Assembly (NCBI GenBank): GCA_013265495.1
Contig: MU058836.1
Coordinates: 620,001 to 684,000 of the forward strand
Source: Vicugna vicugna
Taxonomy: Eukaryota
Direction: 5' to 3'
DNA: 64,000 nucleotides
Shown: piece by piece, positions 52,381 through 64,000 of the stretch
Layout: each line of letters begins with the position of its first letter
How positions within the stretch are numbered: position 1 is the stretch's first letter
Translations under genes and position numbers: made by a program
The notes under the pieces: generated by a model
Told to the model about the DNA's origin: nothing
What the model saw: the letters and a program-made list of their open reading frames with translations, nothing else
The model's database searches: none

Positions 52381-53826
52381 AGCCCATATTTTTCCGACAG
52401 CATTAGGTGGCCCTTTACAGCTGTGTTTATTAACGGTTTTGCATTTAAGGCATTCCTTCAAGGACCAGACTTCTAGGCAAGACCTCCAAGGGAATCATAC
52501 TGCACCCACAACTATTACAGTATCGTTTGGTATTCTTTCCAAAAGGATGCTCTTCTAGAGGAACTGTTTACTGCCTTGAAATACTCTCTTATGAAGTCTC
52601 AGTTCAAAGGTTGTGTGTGTCCCAGTAAACAAACTGCTTTTTAATCTTTGTCACTCACAAGAAGTCATACCCTAATCTATGGTGAATCACATGATACACT
52701 CAATTTGCATTATAGCCATTGGCCTAATTATATGTATCCTTAACTGAAGTGTTTATACATTTATAATGGAATCAATTTTATTAAATTCGCAGTATCTGCA
52801 GATTTCCCCTCTCACCCAGTCTGCCAAAGAGATCCTGTAATAAATTACCTGCCCAGTTTTCCTCCTTAAGAGACATAAGAAAATGAAAGAATTTTCCTCT
52901 AATTATTTTGTGCTTATTTGTGCCTCTATAAATCCAACCCTTCTCCAAGACTGAACCACCTGGGACACAGCTTCTATAGAGCTGCACAATTATACCTGTG
53001 AAAAATCCGCAGTACACCAGGTACAGAATCGCATGTGCCTGATGGAATGATTCCTGGAGCCAGACCATCCCTTCTGTGTTCTTCAGTGTTGTCAAGGGGA
53101 TTACATGAAACAATATACATGAAAATGCTTCCTTAACTACAAAACATTGTGCAAATGTGATCTGTTATAACCAGGTGGTGTGTGCAATGGAGACTACCTT
53201 TTGCCAGGGGGTAAGCATTTCAGTTTATGTAACACTTTTCATTCCAGGAACCCCAAACCCCTGTGGATATTATCCTAAGAAATATCACTTGAGATAAAAT
53301 GCACATAAATAAACAGAGTCTTAACAAACGGAGGCACCAATTATGATGACAATGGCGAAGGTCTTAAATGAGAACACCAACATTTTGACGTGTCAGCTCT
53401 CAAGGATGCCACCACTGTCATCACAACACCTTCTGAGGGGAAGAAAATCAATTGTCTACGTTAAGGTTTCCATCAGTGTTGACTGGGTAAGGAGGGAGGA
53501 AGAGGGGAGCAGAAGTGGGGAAACATTTCAAAATATGAATTTTATTTCCCCATAGCAGTGTACCTCAGAAAATTCAAACATAACTCCACAACTCTTTCAA
53601 GAGTTTCTTTTTTCGGTGGAAAGAAAGTAACTGTCGTTATCAGAAGGATCAAACGCAGGCAGAAAAGAGGCAGGGGTAGGTGAAGCACCAATTACAGCAC
53701 TGTCAGTCTGTGTGAGCTGGGCTCCTTCCAAGCAGCAGTGCGAAAGGATCCGAGGACCCGGGGAAGCGGACGGTGGGGGTGGGAAGACAGAGCTGCCAAA
53801 ACGCAAGCCATGGACGGGGAGAGAAC

Positions 53827-53840
53827 TCGCCCCCTGGCGC
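53827..53840 (-). promoter_or_regulatory. CTCF core motif candidate in CpG-retaining unique DNA
   Basis: Minus GCGCCAGGGGGCGA. Confidence 0.45.
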
Positions 53841-54577
53841 TCCAGCAGAGCCCTGACATTCCCATGCACCATTTCCGTTGTGTGTGTTCACTGGCAGATT
53901 TGGCTTCTGACTCACTCTCTTTGTTTGGGTAGCTAGGCATGAAAACGAATTATCCACAACCAGAGCTTCACTTAATTCCCAATTCCTCTCTGGAAAGTAT
54001 CTGCTGGCATCGCAAAACGTTCTGTGTAAAAGGCCACACTTTGGCCGGTCAAGAGAGAAATTTCAGACCCTCCGTAAGGGTCCTCGTGGATAAAGCCAAG
54101 TCAATTCTTGGAAACTGACGGAAGAATCTGCACCTCTGGAATAATCTGTGTTGCCCCAGCATCTCACTGTTCTTGCCAGTGATAAATAGGAGCCCCTGAC
54201 AAATTTTCCTCTCTCTCCTGGCAAATGCAATGATGGCACAGCTGTTTTCTCGCTATGAAAAGACAGCCACTCCTCTCTGTCACTCGAGCCTATAGCAAAA
54301 GTTCAACTGACATCAGTGATTGAACCACCATGTGTCATATGAAGAAACACAGGAGAAATTCACCAGGAGATGCTGTGAGATTTCTAATCATTTTATCCAC
54401 ACCCCAGCACCTAAACCTCAGCATGGCGCTCACTAGGTTTTGCATGAATGAAAAACAAGAAATTTGGATAAATATTGCATTATCTGCTGTTTTCAGAAAT
54501 CTTCATGCAGGATAATTTTAATCCCTGTCTTTTTTCCCCTTGAGACAAGGAAGCCACTTTATCATGTTATATCGGCA

Positions 54578-55323
54578 TTTTTTTTAAAAAAAAATTCAAC
54601 TATAGTTGATTTACAGTGTTGTACTAGTTTCAGGCATACAGTATAGTGATTCAGTTATACACATACATTCTTTTTTTCGATTCTTTTCCATTATAGGTTA
54701 TTACAAGATGTTGAATATTGTTCCTTGTGCTCTACAGTAGATCCATGCTGTTTATCTATTTCATATATAGTAGTATGTATCTGTTAATCCCAAACTCCTA
54801 ATTTATCCCTCCCCCTACCTTTCCACTTTGGTAACCATAAGACTGTTTTCTTTAAAAAAAAAAATTGGGGGGGTAGGGGAGATAATGGGTTTATTTAACA
54901 TCACAGTTTTTTCAAATGGAGGCACTGGGGATTGAACCCAGTGTGAGATAATACCTCATTGTAGTTTTGATTTGCATTTCTCTTATAATTGGCGATGTTG
55001 AGCATCTTTTCATGTGCCTGTTGGCCATCTGTATGTCCTCTTTGGAGAAATGTCTATTAGGTCTTTTGCCCATTTTTTGATTTGGTTGTTTGGGGTTTTT
55101 TTTTTAATTGAGCTATATGAGCTGTTTGTATATTTTGGAAATTAATCCTTTGTCAGTTGTATCATTTGCAAATGCTTTCTCTAATTCCATAGATCATCTT
55201 TTTGTTTTGTTTATGGTTTCCTCTGCTGTGCAAAGCACATAAGTTTGATTAGGTCCCATTTGTTTATTTTTGCTTTTATTTCTTTTGCCTTGGGATACTG
55301 GCCTAGGAAAACATTGCTACAAT
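54578..55323 (-). mobile_element. L1 3' region with SINE remnant (54852-54941) at an internal deletion
   Basis: L1 3'UTR 54578-54850; SINE 3' half; L1 ORF2 (AKEIKAKINKWDLIKL) 54942-55323. Confidence 0.85.
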
Positions 55324-57149
55324 TAGAGCCACAAACTCTCAGAAACTGAGGATGCCAGGTGCCTCCCAAGGAAGAAATGCTGAGTGGGTCTGGAAACAGG
55401 ACAACTGACTGCAAGTTTTGTAAGGAGTAAGGGGTCTCCCAGGTCCCCTTATTGGCTCTTTGTGGCCAGGAAGCCACAATTCCAGCCCCAGTGGAACATC
55501 AGGAGTGTCCCTCCAGACAGGTTGTGCTGAGGTGTCTGGACTTGGGGAACGCCAGACACAGCTGACAATGCAGTAAGGCACCACAATGAAATGAAGTGAC
55601 TGGGTGATTTAAATCACATAATAAACAGAAAGTCCAACCCAAATCCACTCCCTTTTTCATGGTAGTTCTCAGAAATATTGCCATTCAAGCTTTACTTGCA
55701 GACGGGAGAGAGAAAACTAGTCACAAAGAAGTCTGGATAAGAACGGCAGCATTTTCTCAATAGTGACACTAGCAGCTTAATCTTGGTTTGCTCTCCTTCA
55801 GTTCCACCCCATGTAGCCCCACATTCTTGGTTCTGCAGCTTTGACTTTGTACACAAGCTCCCACAAAATACTAGTGTCTGCCTCTGTAAGTGCTCGGTGT
55901 GGCCCATCCACCCAGCCCCTTCTCACCAAAGAAATGGCCTTGGTTCTCAACCTACAGAGATAATGAGGAACTGCCTTAGCAAAGGGAAAACCAGCATGGA
56001 TTGTTCCCCTGGACTCCCTGTTCTTTGAATAGTACGTTACTCTCAGTTCCCTGTTCCTCTTCTTGTGATTATAACCAAAAATGCAACTAGAGCAGCAAAT
56101 CCCAAATATATTCCTGATTCCTGCAGTGTGGCCAGGGACTGATTCCATCACCCTTTCCTTCTCTACTGGTGATTGGAGGAACAATTCGATCATGCGCTGG
56201 GTTTGATGAATAAATAAACAGCCCGGTGACATGTGGAGTGGCAGCCTTCCAGACCTGCAATTGGCATAGAACTGCAGATACAAATAACGAACCTGGGGTG
56301 GAGACCATTGGGTTCAGGGACCACGGATTGGATATTACCTCACCACCTGAACATCAGCCTTGATTTCTCTTTCTTGGCTGTGTTCAGGGGCCAAATGCCA
56401 GCTCCCCATCAACTATGTAATGGAGACAAGAAAGTGATGCTCGGAAAGTCCACCATAGTTTACGAAGCCTGCAGCAGCCAATATGCTGGAAATATACTGT
56501 AATCCTGTTGTTACAAGTATTCCTTTAATTATAAAACAAACAAACAAACAAAGAAAAAAGGAAAGGAAAAACAGAGTAGATCATCACTTCTGCTTTCAGC
56601 AAACCAGTGGAGGAGAAAATCAACCCATGGGGTCTGAAAAGGAAAAGGAGGCCCTCACTCTTTTACACTAGGAAGAATTTAAGAAAGACATCTTCTCGGG
56701 ACTTGAATGGATACCCCTGGTTCCTGGATTTTGTGTTTGAACTTGGTCTCTCTGCCTCTGGAAACTTCCACTGGTAAGGCAGGTCCCACTTCACTCAGGA
56801 GGAGGAAGTTTGTAAATTTCCAAGGTTCAATGCCGAGTGAATCAAGGAAGATAATGTCATTGATAAAATTTGCAAAAGAGGAGCGGCCATTGAGGGAAAG
56901 ATGATGATAAATTTGTTTGGGGGTATGGTGAGTTCGAGATACCTACGGAACATTCAGACTGAGGTTCAAGTGGGTCCTGAAAGTGTCACAAGATAACTAG
57001 AAAACTAGGACCTGAACTCAGATAGTCAATTAAGTTCAGTTCAGTGGATTTGGAATTCATTTGATTAGAGGATAAAGGTAAAGCCATAGTCTTGGATAAA
57101 CTCATCAGAGGATAAGGTGAAGAGTTAAAAAAAAAAAGAGGAAGAAGGC

Positions 57150-57690
57150 TGTTTCAGTCAGGGTAGAGCTAGATTATGCCGAAGAACAAATAATCCCAAA
57201 AACTCAGTGACATGTTACCTCAAAGACTCATTTCTCATCACTCTTTTTCTTTAACTGTATCTTTTATTTATTTATTTTATTTAGTGGGGGCGGGTAATTA
57301 GGGTTTTTCATTTGTTTATTGAACTCAGGACCTTGGGCATGCTAAGCATGTGCTCTGCCACTGAGCTATACCCTCCCCCCATTCTGCACCTTTCTTTAAG
57401 TCAAGAGTTGACTAAGAATTCTGTTCAGTGTCGTCTCACTCTAGGACTCAGAATGATGGACAAACACCTACCTGGAACATTGCTGCTCTCTATGACAGGA
57501 GGAAAGAAGGGTCTCCAACTGGCAATTAAATGCTAGCCCAGAAGTGACAGACAATGCTCCTGCTCACAATTCAAAGGCCAGACTTCATCACACAGCCCAC
57601 CCAACCACAGGAAAGGCAGGACTTGTCATCCAACTATGTGTCTGGAAAGAAAGGAGTGCTGATCTCAGGGGCTCTATGAATGTCTACCCC
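57150..57690 (-). mobile_element. MLT1 (J-like) LTR interrupted by SINE
   Basis: tcagtcagggtagagctagattatgc...aacaaataatcccaaaa; cccagaagtgaca...ctgctcaca. Confidence 0.6.
57262..57380 (-). mobile_element. Vic-1-like SINE (internally deleted)
   Basis: ggtaattaggg...attgaactcaggacc...ccactgagctataccctccccc. Confidence 0.9.
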
Positions 57691-60600
57691 AAGGTCCAGG
57701 GCAGACTTTGCATAAACACGTTATCCCAGAGATGCAAGAACCAAGACTCAGCATGGAAAGGAGACAGAGAAAGAACAATTAGACAATAGGAGGAGGACCA
57801 AGGAAGCAAGAGTCACAGATGACCAGGAGGAAGGAGAGACAGTAAAGAAAGGAGCAGGGTATGAATGCACACGTTTCTACTAGAAGGGTACACCATGCAC
57901 AGTAAGGCAGAGGGATTTAGCAAGTCCAGCTGGCTCCCTCACAAGGGGCACTTCAAGATGGTATTCATTTCCTTGATGAATTTCTCAGTCACAATTTCTG
58001 TCCCTTAGCCTCACCCTAACTCCACATCTAACTTTAATTATAATGATGCTGTCTTAACCTGTGGCTACCAAACATTCTAAATGTCTAATTCCAACCTTCT
58101 TGCTCTGATTTCATTCTTATTAAGCAAACTTCGGCTTATGGTTTGATTTGAAGGTCTACCTTCAGTAAGAGAATGTGTTAGTTATATTAGAGCATTTTGG
58201 ACCACATGACAGCTCCACTGCTCATTTGGGTAAATTTAAAAACTGTCTGATTCATCAGTGGGATGAGCTTGGTATACATAAATCTCTCACTAGATGGTTC
58301 CACCCTTGATACACAGGTAAATGTATGATAAGCAGGCACAAGCCTTATGTGTAACTATGGCTGATTTTTTTTTCCATACAAGGAGCATTTAGAAGGAAAA
58401 ATCGAACAAAAACAAACTTCATGTTGAAGAGAGACAGAGGAAAGAGAAAAAATTCAATAGAAGAAAATACTAGATAATAAGGAATTAGAAAGTAAAGGAA
58501 ATGGGGAAAAGCGAGACCCTGAGATCTCAATTTCAAAAAACTAAGGAGTTTGGTGGCCTTCTATCTTTTGCTGAATTTAAAATTGGACTGCAATTTTTTT
58601 TACACACTATGAAGTCTACAATGTGGCAAAAATTTAAGTTAAGGTTATTGATGTTGGGATGAAAATATCAAAACCAAATACATGCAGAAGCCAAGTATAT
58701 GCTAGATTTTTCTATTTCTAGAAATAAGCAAGCTGAGAATTGTTAAATGAATTATAGTAGGACCAGATTATATTATTATGTATGATATGTATTACAATAT
58801 GATAAATTATAGCAGATTATAGTATGATGGGATACAATTGGTCACCAGAACTGGATTGTTAGAGAGTATTAAATAGCACAGGAAACAAGATGGCCTCGAT
58901 AGAATGTTCAGTGGGAAAACAGCAGGAATTTTAAATATATGTGCATTATTATTACACCCAGTTTGAAAAACAGAAAAGACTAGAAGATCTCACGAATGGG
59001 TACAGAAATAGTGGTGTGATTATAGCCGATTTTTATTTTATTCTTTATGCTTTCCTGTGATTCTCAAATTTTCTACAATGAACTTAGAATTCCTTTAGAT
59101 AGTGTAAATGACTAGTATAGAGAGGCATATTTCCATTAGCAACCCAGTTTTCCAATTATTTTTGTTAGTTATATTGGAATAAAAAACTCATTAGATACAT
59201 TAAATGTAACATATTTAAATGCTCAGGGTATATATGCTCCCAACTGCTTTTAAAATGAAATTGTAATTAGATGGAATATGAGAGTTGGGACTAGAAAAGC
59301 TCTCTGAGGGTAATGGCAAAGGCATGAAATGCCCTGTTTCAAATATTATAAAATACTTACCATACAAGTGGCAATCTCCTGGACACATTTTGCAGGATGC
59401 AGTACATATAAATTAAAACTTGACTCTAGAGCGGCTCATAGATTTTAGTCTGAACAGAAAAAGTTTCCAAATTTCAAACTGAGTGAAAAGCTTATTTTTA
59501 CATTATACGAAAATGAGATGGTAAGTGAACCAACACTGAAAATAAGACGATGGAGAAAACAGTCTACCTGCCAAAGGGAATACACGTGTCAAACAGCGGA
59601 ACCACCCATTGCATGCTTACAAGGTATGTGTTAATTAACAATGAATAACATACATAGTTCCAAGCCTCCTCCCTTCTCAAGAACTCTCTCTGCCAAGACT
59701 GAGACAAGATCATCTGAGGGTAAGGGGCAGTGTGAAGTCCAGGACCAAGGAGGGTGGAGAGGCTTAAGGAAGCTTTGCAGAGGACAGCAGAGTGTGTCCA
59801 CCAGGAAGGCTGTTATATTGCCATGGCTTGAAGGTTGAGACCTAGCTCTGGACTGAGCTTATTTCAGTGATGTAACTGAATGATCTCACTGAGCAATACG
59901 GACTGACAGGGTGCAAAGACAGGACAGTTCTATTTTTCGCCCCCACTTGCCCATTCAAATCCTCTCTTTTGGGTCAGCTCTTCCCCACCCTTCAGATGAA
60001 ACATTTAGGAAGATCTTTTAAGTCTCTGATCATCTCAGATACTATAATGCCCTCTTGGTCACTTCATTTCCACGTCACAGCTTCAGTTTATAACTACTGT
60101 GGCAAAACTATTGTAACAAAACTCCAGACTTCACTGCAAGCGGGGGTATGCTTTAGAACAAAGGGTCTGCAGTGGGGAATGACATTTCATCTCTCTTTCC
60201 CCATTAGTGCTACCTTCCCCCTGACCCCGACTCCGATCTCCCACCACTTGGCCACCAGTGGGTCTTCCAGGATGGGGGCAGAGACAGTAGGAAGGTAAGG
60301 GTAATGAAACCTTTCTAGACTGACACAAGGTGTGGCTTCCCTCTGGTTCTCGCTGATGTTTTAAGCTGACATTTCTTCTCTCATTCAAGCATCTGTGGCC
60401 TTCTCATATGCTCTCCTGCTGGACCCTTCCAATTGGAATTCCTTTGTCTCAGGCATTACCTCCTAGCCAGCCACCTATAATCCCCCCTCCGAACTTCTAA
60501 ACCTTTTTTTTTTGCTGAGAGGAAGCCCTTTGGGTCAGAATTTCTTTTTAAACAACCCAGACTCACATTCCTACTGCGGGTTTCACATTTGGTCCCTGGA

Positions 60601-61149
60601 AGCATGCAGCTGTGGCCTAGCAAAGGTCAGAATGTGGTTATTTCCTAAATGCAGCCCTCGGCTGTACTGACACAGCTCACTTCAGTCAGTCTCTCATTAA
60701 AGACTTTTTTCCCTAGGCATGAATCTAATGCCTGTCTGTGTCCCCCAAGCTTCAAAAGATACCTATCAAAGATGCCCGTGAAGCTCCCCCATGGCTAAGG
60801 TGTAGGGAGGGAGGAAGTGTCAGATAGGAAGAATTCACAGCTCAAGGTAAGTGAAAGATGAAACTCATAAAACCCGTCTTTATCCACTCGCTTTAGAAGT
60901 CATGGATAGGTGGGCCAAATAATTTGCTTTGCAATGTGATAGTATTTGGCACCCTTGGTCTTGGGGCCTCCATGAAAACTGGAACAAAGGGTTCTATTTT
61001 ACTTTTATCTTCCCTCTGTGCAACTTTTTCAGTACTGTTCAGCCTCCCAGTTGAAGAGAAAGAAGATGGTTGGGTTCGTGTATGTCAAAGAGGAATGATG
61101 AAAATAGAGCAGCATGAGGATCTGGGCTCTGGTAAGAGCAGCTGAACTG

Positions 61150-61600
61150 ATGCAGCGTGGAATCAAAGCTGGATAAGGAAGGAAGCAAAGAAGGTCAGTG
61201 GACTAAAGGGCTCAGGAGGTTGAAGAATGCAGAAGGAGCAGCTGAGTAAATAACCTGGAAGGACACTTTCAGCAGTTGACTGGCTAAAGGGAACGGAGAT
61301 GAGAAAGGGCTGAACAGTCTTGGGTTTGGAGCTGAGTGGCCTGGCCAGCGATTGTGGAGAAGAGAGATGGTTTTCGGGGCATAACAATGAACTCCACTTT
61401 AAACAAGCCGAGCTTGAGAGGTTAGTGAGACATCCAGGCAGAAGGGACACTGGAGGGCTGGAGCTCAGAAGGGCAGGGTTCAAGAGGTAGCTTTCAGAGT
61501 CAGGACTGGAGATATTATTGGAAGTCACAGGAGTCAATGATTTCTCCAAAGAAGAAAGTAGAAAGACCGAATGCAGAGGCCGAGGACCACTTGGGAAACG
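61150..61600 (-). mobile_element. L2 fragment
   Basis: gtgagacatccaggcag...ctggagctcagaagggcagg. Confidence 0.65.
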
Positions 61601-62265
61601 CATCTTGTTAGAAGAAAGGGGTGTAATAAGAACCTGTTAACATTCCAGGGAAAGGGCTGTATCCGGGAGTGCGTCATCCAAGAAAACCTCCTCTTCCTCT
61701 TCCTTCCTAACCACCTTTCTTGCCTGATTGTGCAGCTAAATCTCCTATCTCTATGCTGAGCTTAGTTTCCACATCCATAAAATGACATCAGTAACAGTAT
61801 CTGCCTGCGAGGGCTGTGGTGAAGATACAGTGACACAATGGGTGACGTGCCTTGTATAGACGACAAACCCAACAAATGTGAGCTCTGCTTGTTATTGTCA
61901 TTTTTTCCATATTTATCTCTGCTTAATCAATAATTACTCCTTTACAGGGTGGGTATATCAAACATTTGCAGAGGCTTTCTTTTTGGGTTTTTGGTTTGTT
62001 TGTTTGTTTGTTTGTTTTGGCTTTTCACTTAGCTCCTCCCTCTGATGCAAACAGCACTGGGAAAGACAGAATAACTCAAACACCCCACTTCACTGATGCC
62101 CTGATGCCCTGGCATGGTTAAGATAAATATGTTGCCATCATGATACTGGTTTGATTTTCAAGTCTAATGTTCAGATGTCACTATTTCCTCTTAGGAACTA
62201 TGCCTAAAGTTTAGATACATTGCCCCCAGCTGGATGATGATTGCTGAATTATGATATTTATTTAC

Positions 62266-62798
62266 TGTATTCATTTTGTATTGCTGTGTAATAAATTACA
62301 ACAAATTTAGTGAAATCAGGGCACTGTGTGGCTGGGTCCTTTGCTTAGGGTCTCCCAGGCTGAAATCCAAGTGTCAGCTGCAGCTCTCATCTGGGGCTCA
62401 GAGTCCTCTTACAGACTTATTAGTTGTTGGCAGGATTCAGTTCTCTGTGGCTGTAGGACTGAGGTTTGTTGGCTGGGGATCTGTCTCAGCTTCGAGAGGC
62501 TGCTCCTTTCCATCGGCAGGCGGTTCACTACATATCTGGATGCCTTCTTCTGGGCCAGCAGAAGTGTTTCTCTCTGATGTCTTCCTTTGCTACCAGTCAA
62601 GGAAAACTCTCTGCTCTTAAAGGACTCACCTGATTAGAGCAGGCCTACCAAAGATAATGTCTCTTTTGCCATATAACATATCGTGATCAATAGATCAATG
62701 TCTCAATATATTCATATGGTCCACCCACACTCAAAAGAGGAAGGGATTATATGAAGGCAAGGATCATTGCAGGTGATCTTAGAATTCTGCCTGCCACA
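62266..62798 (-). mobile_element. MLT1 (E/F-like) LTR
   Basis: tattgctgtgtaataaattacaacaaatttagtg; end atcttagaattctgcctgccaca. Confidence 0.85.
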
Positions 62799-62897
62799 TC
62801 TACTTACAGAACAGCGTTTATGTTTCAGGCACTGCACAAAGCACTGTGGGTACAAAAATGGATTAGCTGCTGCCTTCCAGTTGCTCACACTCTAGCC

Positions 62898-63403
62898 CTG
62901 TGCTGTCCAACACAGGAGCCCCTCACCACATGTGGCTATGGAGCCCTGACAACGTGGCTAATTCAAACTGTGATATGCTGTAAGTGTAGCGCTGGATTTT
63001 AAAGAATTAGTACACTCCCCCCTAAAACTGTAAAATGTCTCATTAATATCTATGTATTAATTACATAGCAAAGTGATAGTTTTCCGGATACATTGGTTTC
63101 AATAAAATACATTATTAAAGCTAACCCTACCTGTTCCTCTTTACTTTTTAAAAGCATCTGCAGTTGACCCTTGAACAACGCAGGTTTGCACTGCACGGGT
63201 CCACTTATAGGTGGATATTTTTCAGTAGTAAGTGTAACAGTACTGCCCGGTCTGCAGTTGATTGAATCTGCAGATGAAGAGGAACTCTGGAAAGGGAGGG
63301 CTGACTGTCAGCTATATGCAGCTTAACCCCCTACTGTGCAAGGGTCAGCTGTACTTAGGAAAACTAAAAGTCACAAATGTAGCTAGCATAGGGGACAGTC
63401 CTG
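62898..63403. mobile_element. MER33-like hAT-Charlie element with nested Tigger MITE
   Basis: ctgtgctgtccaa...ccacatgtggcta; TSD ctctagcc / gtctagac (NTCTAGAN). Confidence 0.8.
63161..63351 (+). mobile_element. Tigger2-family MITE (191 bp)
   Basis: TIRs cagttgacccttg / caagggtcagctg, right flank TA. Confidence 0.85.
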
Positions 63404-64000
63404 GTCTAGACCAAGAAAAAGACAAGCACTTCTTTGCGCACCAAGTGCCAAGAGAAAAGAAGCCCATGATGTTTGCGGCGCACAGAGTGGGAGAGGTCAG
63501 TTTAGCTGGGGAAGAGAGTGCAACTACGGAAGGCTTCCATCGCTTGGCTTCCCAGTCACAGCAAGCAGGGCACACTCTCCCATGCACTGGTCCTTTTCCA
63601 AAAGACAGGAATTCTTTATCTAAAACTGCAAAGCAATTACTAGCGATTTCTTGATTTTAGAAGACACAATTCACAGTAAGATTTTAAAACAAATATAAAT
63701 GCTCAAATACAAGTTAACACTTTTCTGACAAGCCTTGAACTGCTTGCTCTCCATCCACCTGGACCTTCCCCTTACTTTTCTTGGACCCCAGCAGACAGAG
63801 CCAACTCCCTCTCTGAGCTACATCATTGTAGGTCAGAACTTCAAGGCTGTCATCACTGAGAGCAGCCTGGCTCCTTCAAAAGTCCTTGCAGGCTGTGATT
63901 CTTTGGCTTTTGGTCGCTTTTGATAGAGGGTGGCTATTACTAGCTTAATTACAGAGTAGTTAGTTACCTTCTTGTCCCTCCCAATGAGTTCAAAGAGCTT

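Overview
Non-coding mammalian genomic DNA, intergenic or deep intronic, most likely from a camelid. The inference rests on about 9 copies or fragments of a tRNA-derived SINE (GGGGAGGGTATAGCTCAGTGGTAGAG...AAACCTAATTACCTCCCC) resembling camelid Vic-1. I recognised no host protein-coding exon, CpG island, tRNA, rRNA or CRISPR array; the ORF track is chance ORFs plus decayed LINE remnants. A large part of the window is interspersed repeat: L2, MIR, a CR1/L3 endonuclease fossil, old and young L1 3' ends, MLT1/MLT2/MER31/MER67 LTRs, and Tigger2, MER5, MER33, MER53 and MER81-like DNA elements. Repeat family names come from recalled consensus similarity and need RepeatMasker/Dfam confirmation. The most notable observations are: (1) a 63-bp unique element duplicated about 1.47 kb apart (54/63 identity, ungapped) bracketing a candidate 129-nt minus-strand exon; (2) a chimeric L1 insertion, young L1 body plus ancient L1 3' end, inside one 15-bp TSD, with a second L1 beside it forming a ~300-bp inverted repeat; (3) a SINE carrying an apparent 3' transduction; (4) homeobox/TCF-rich candidate enhancers and four CTCF motifs. 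I cannot support a new biological system from sequence alone.
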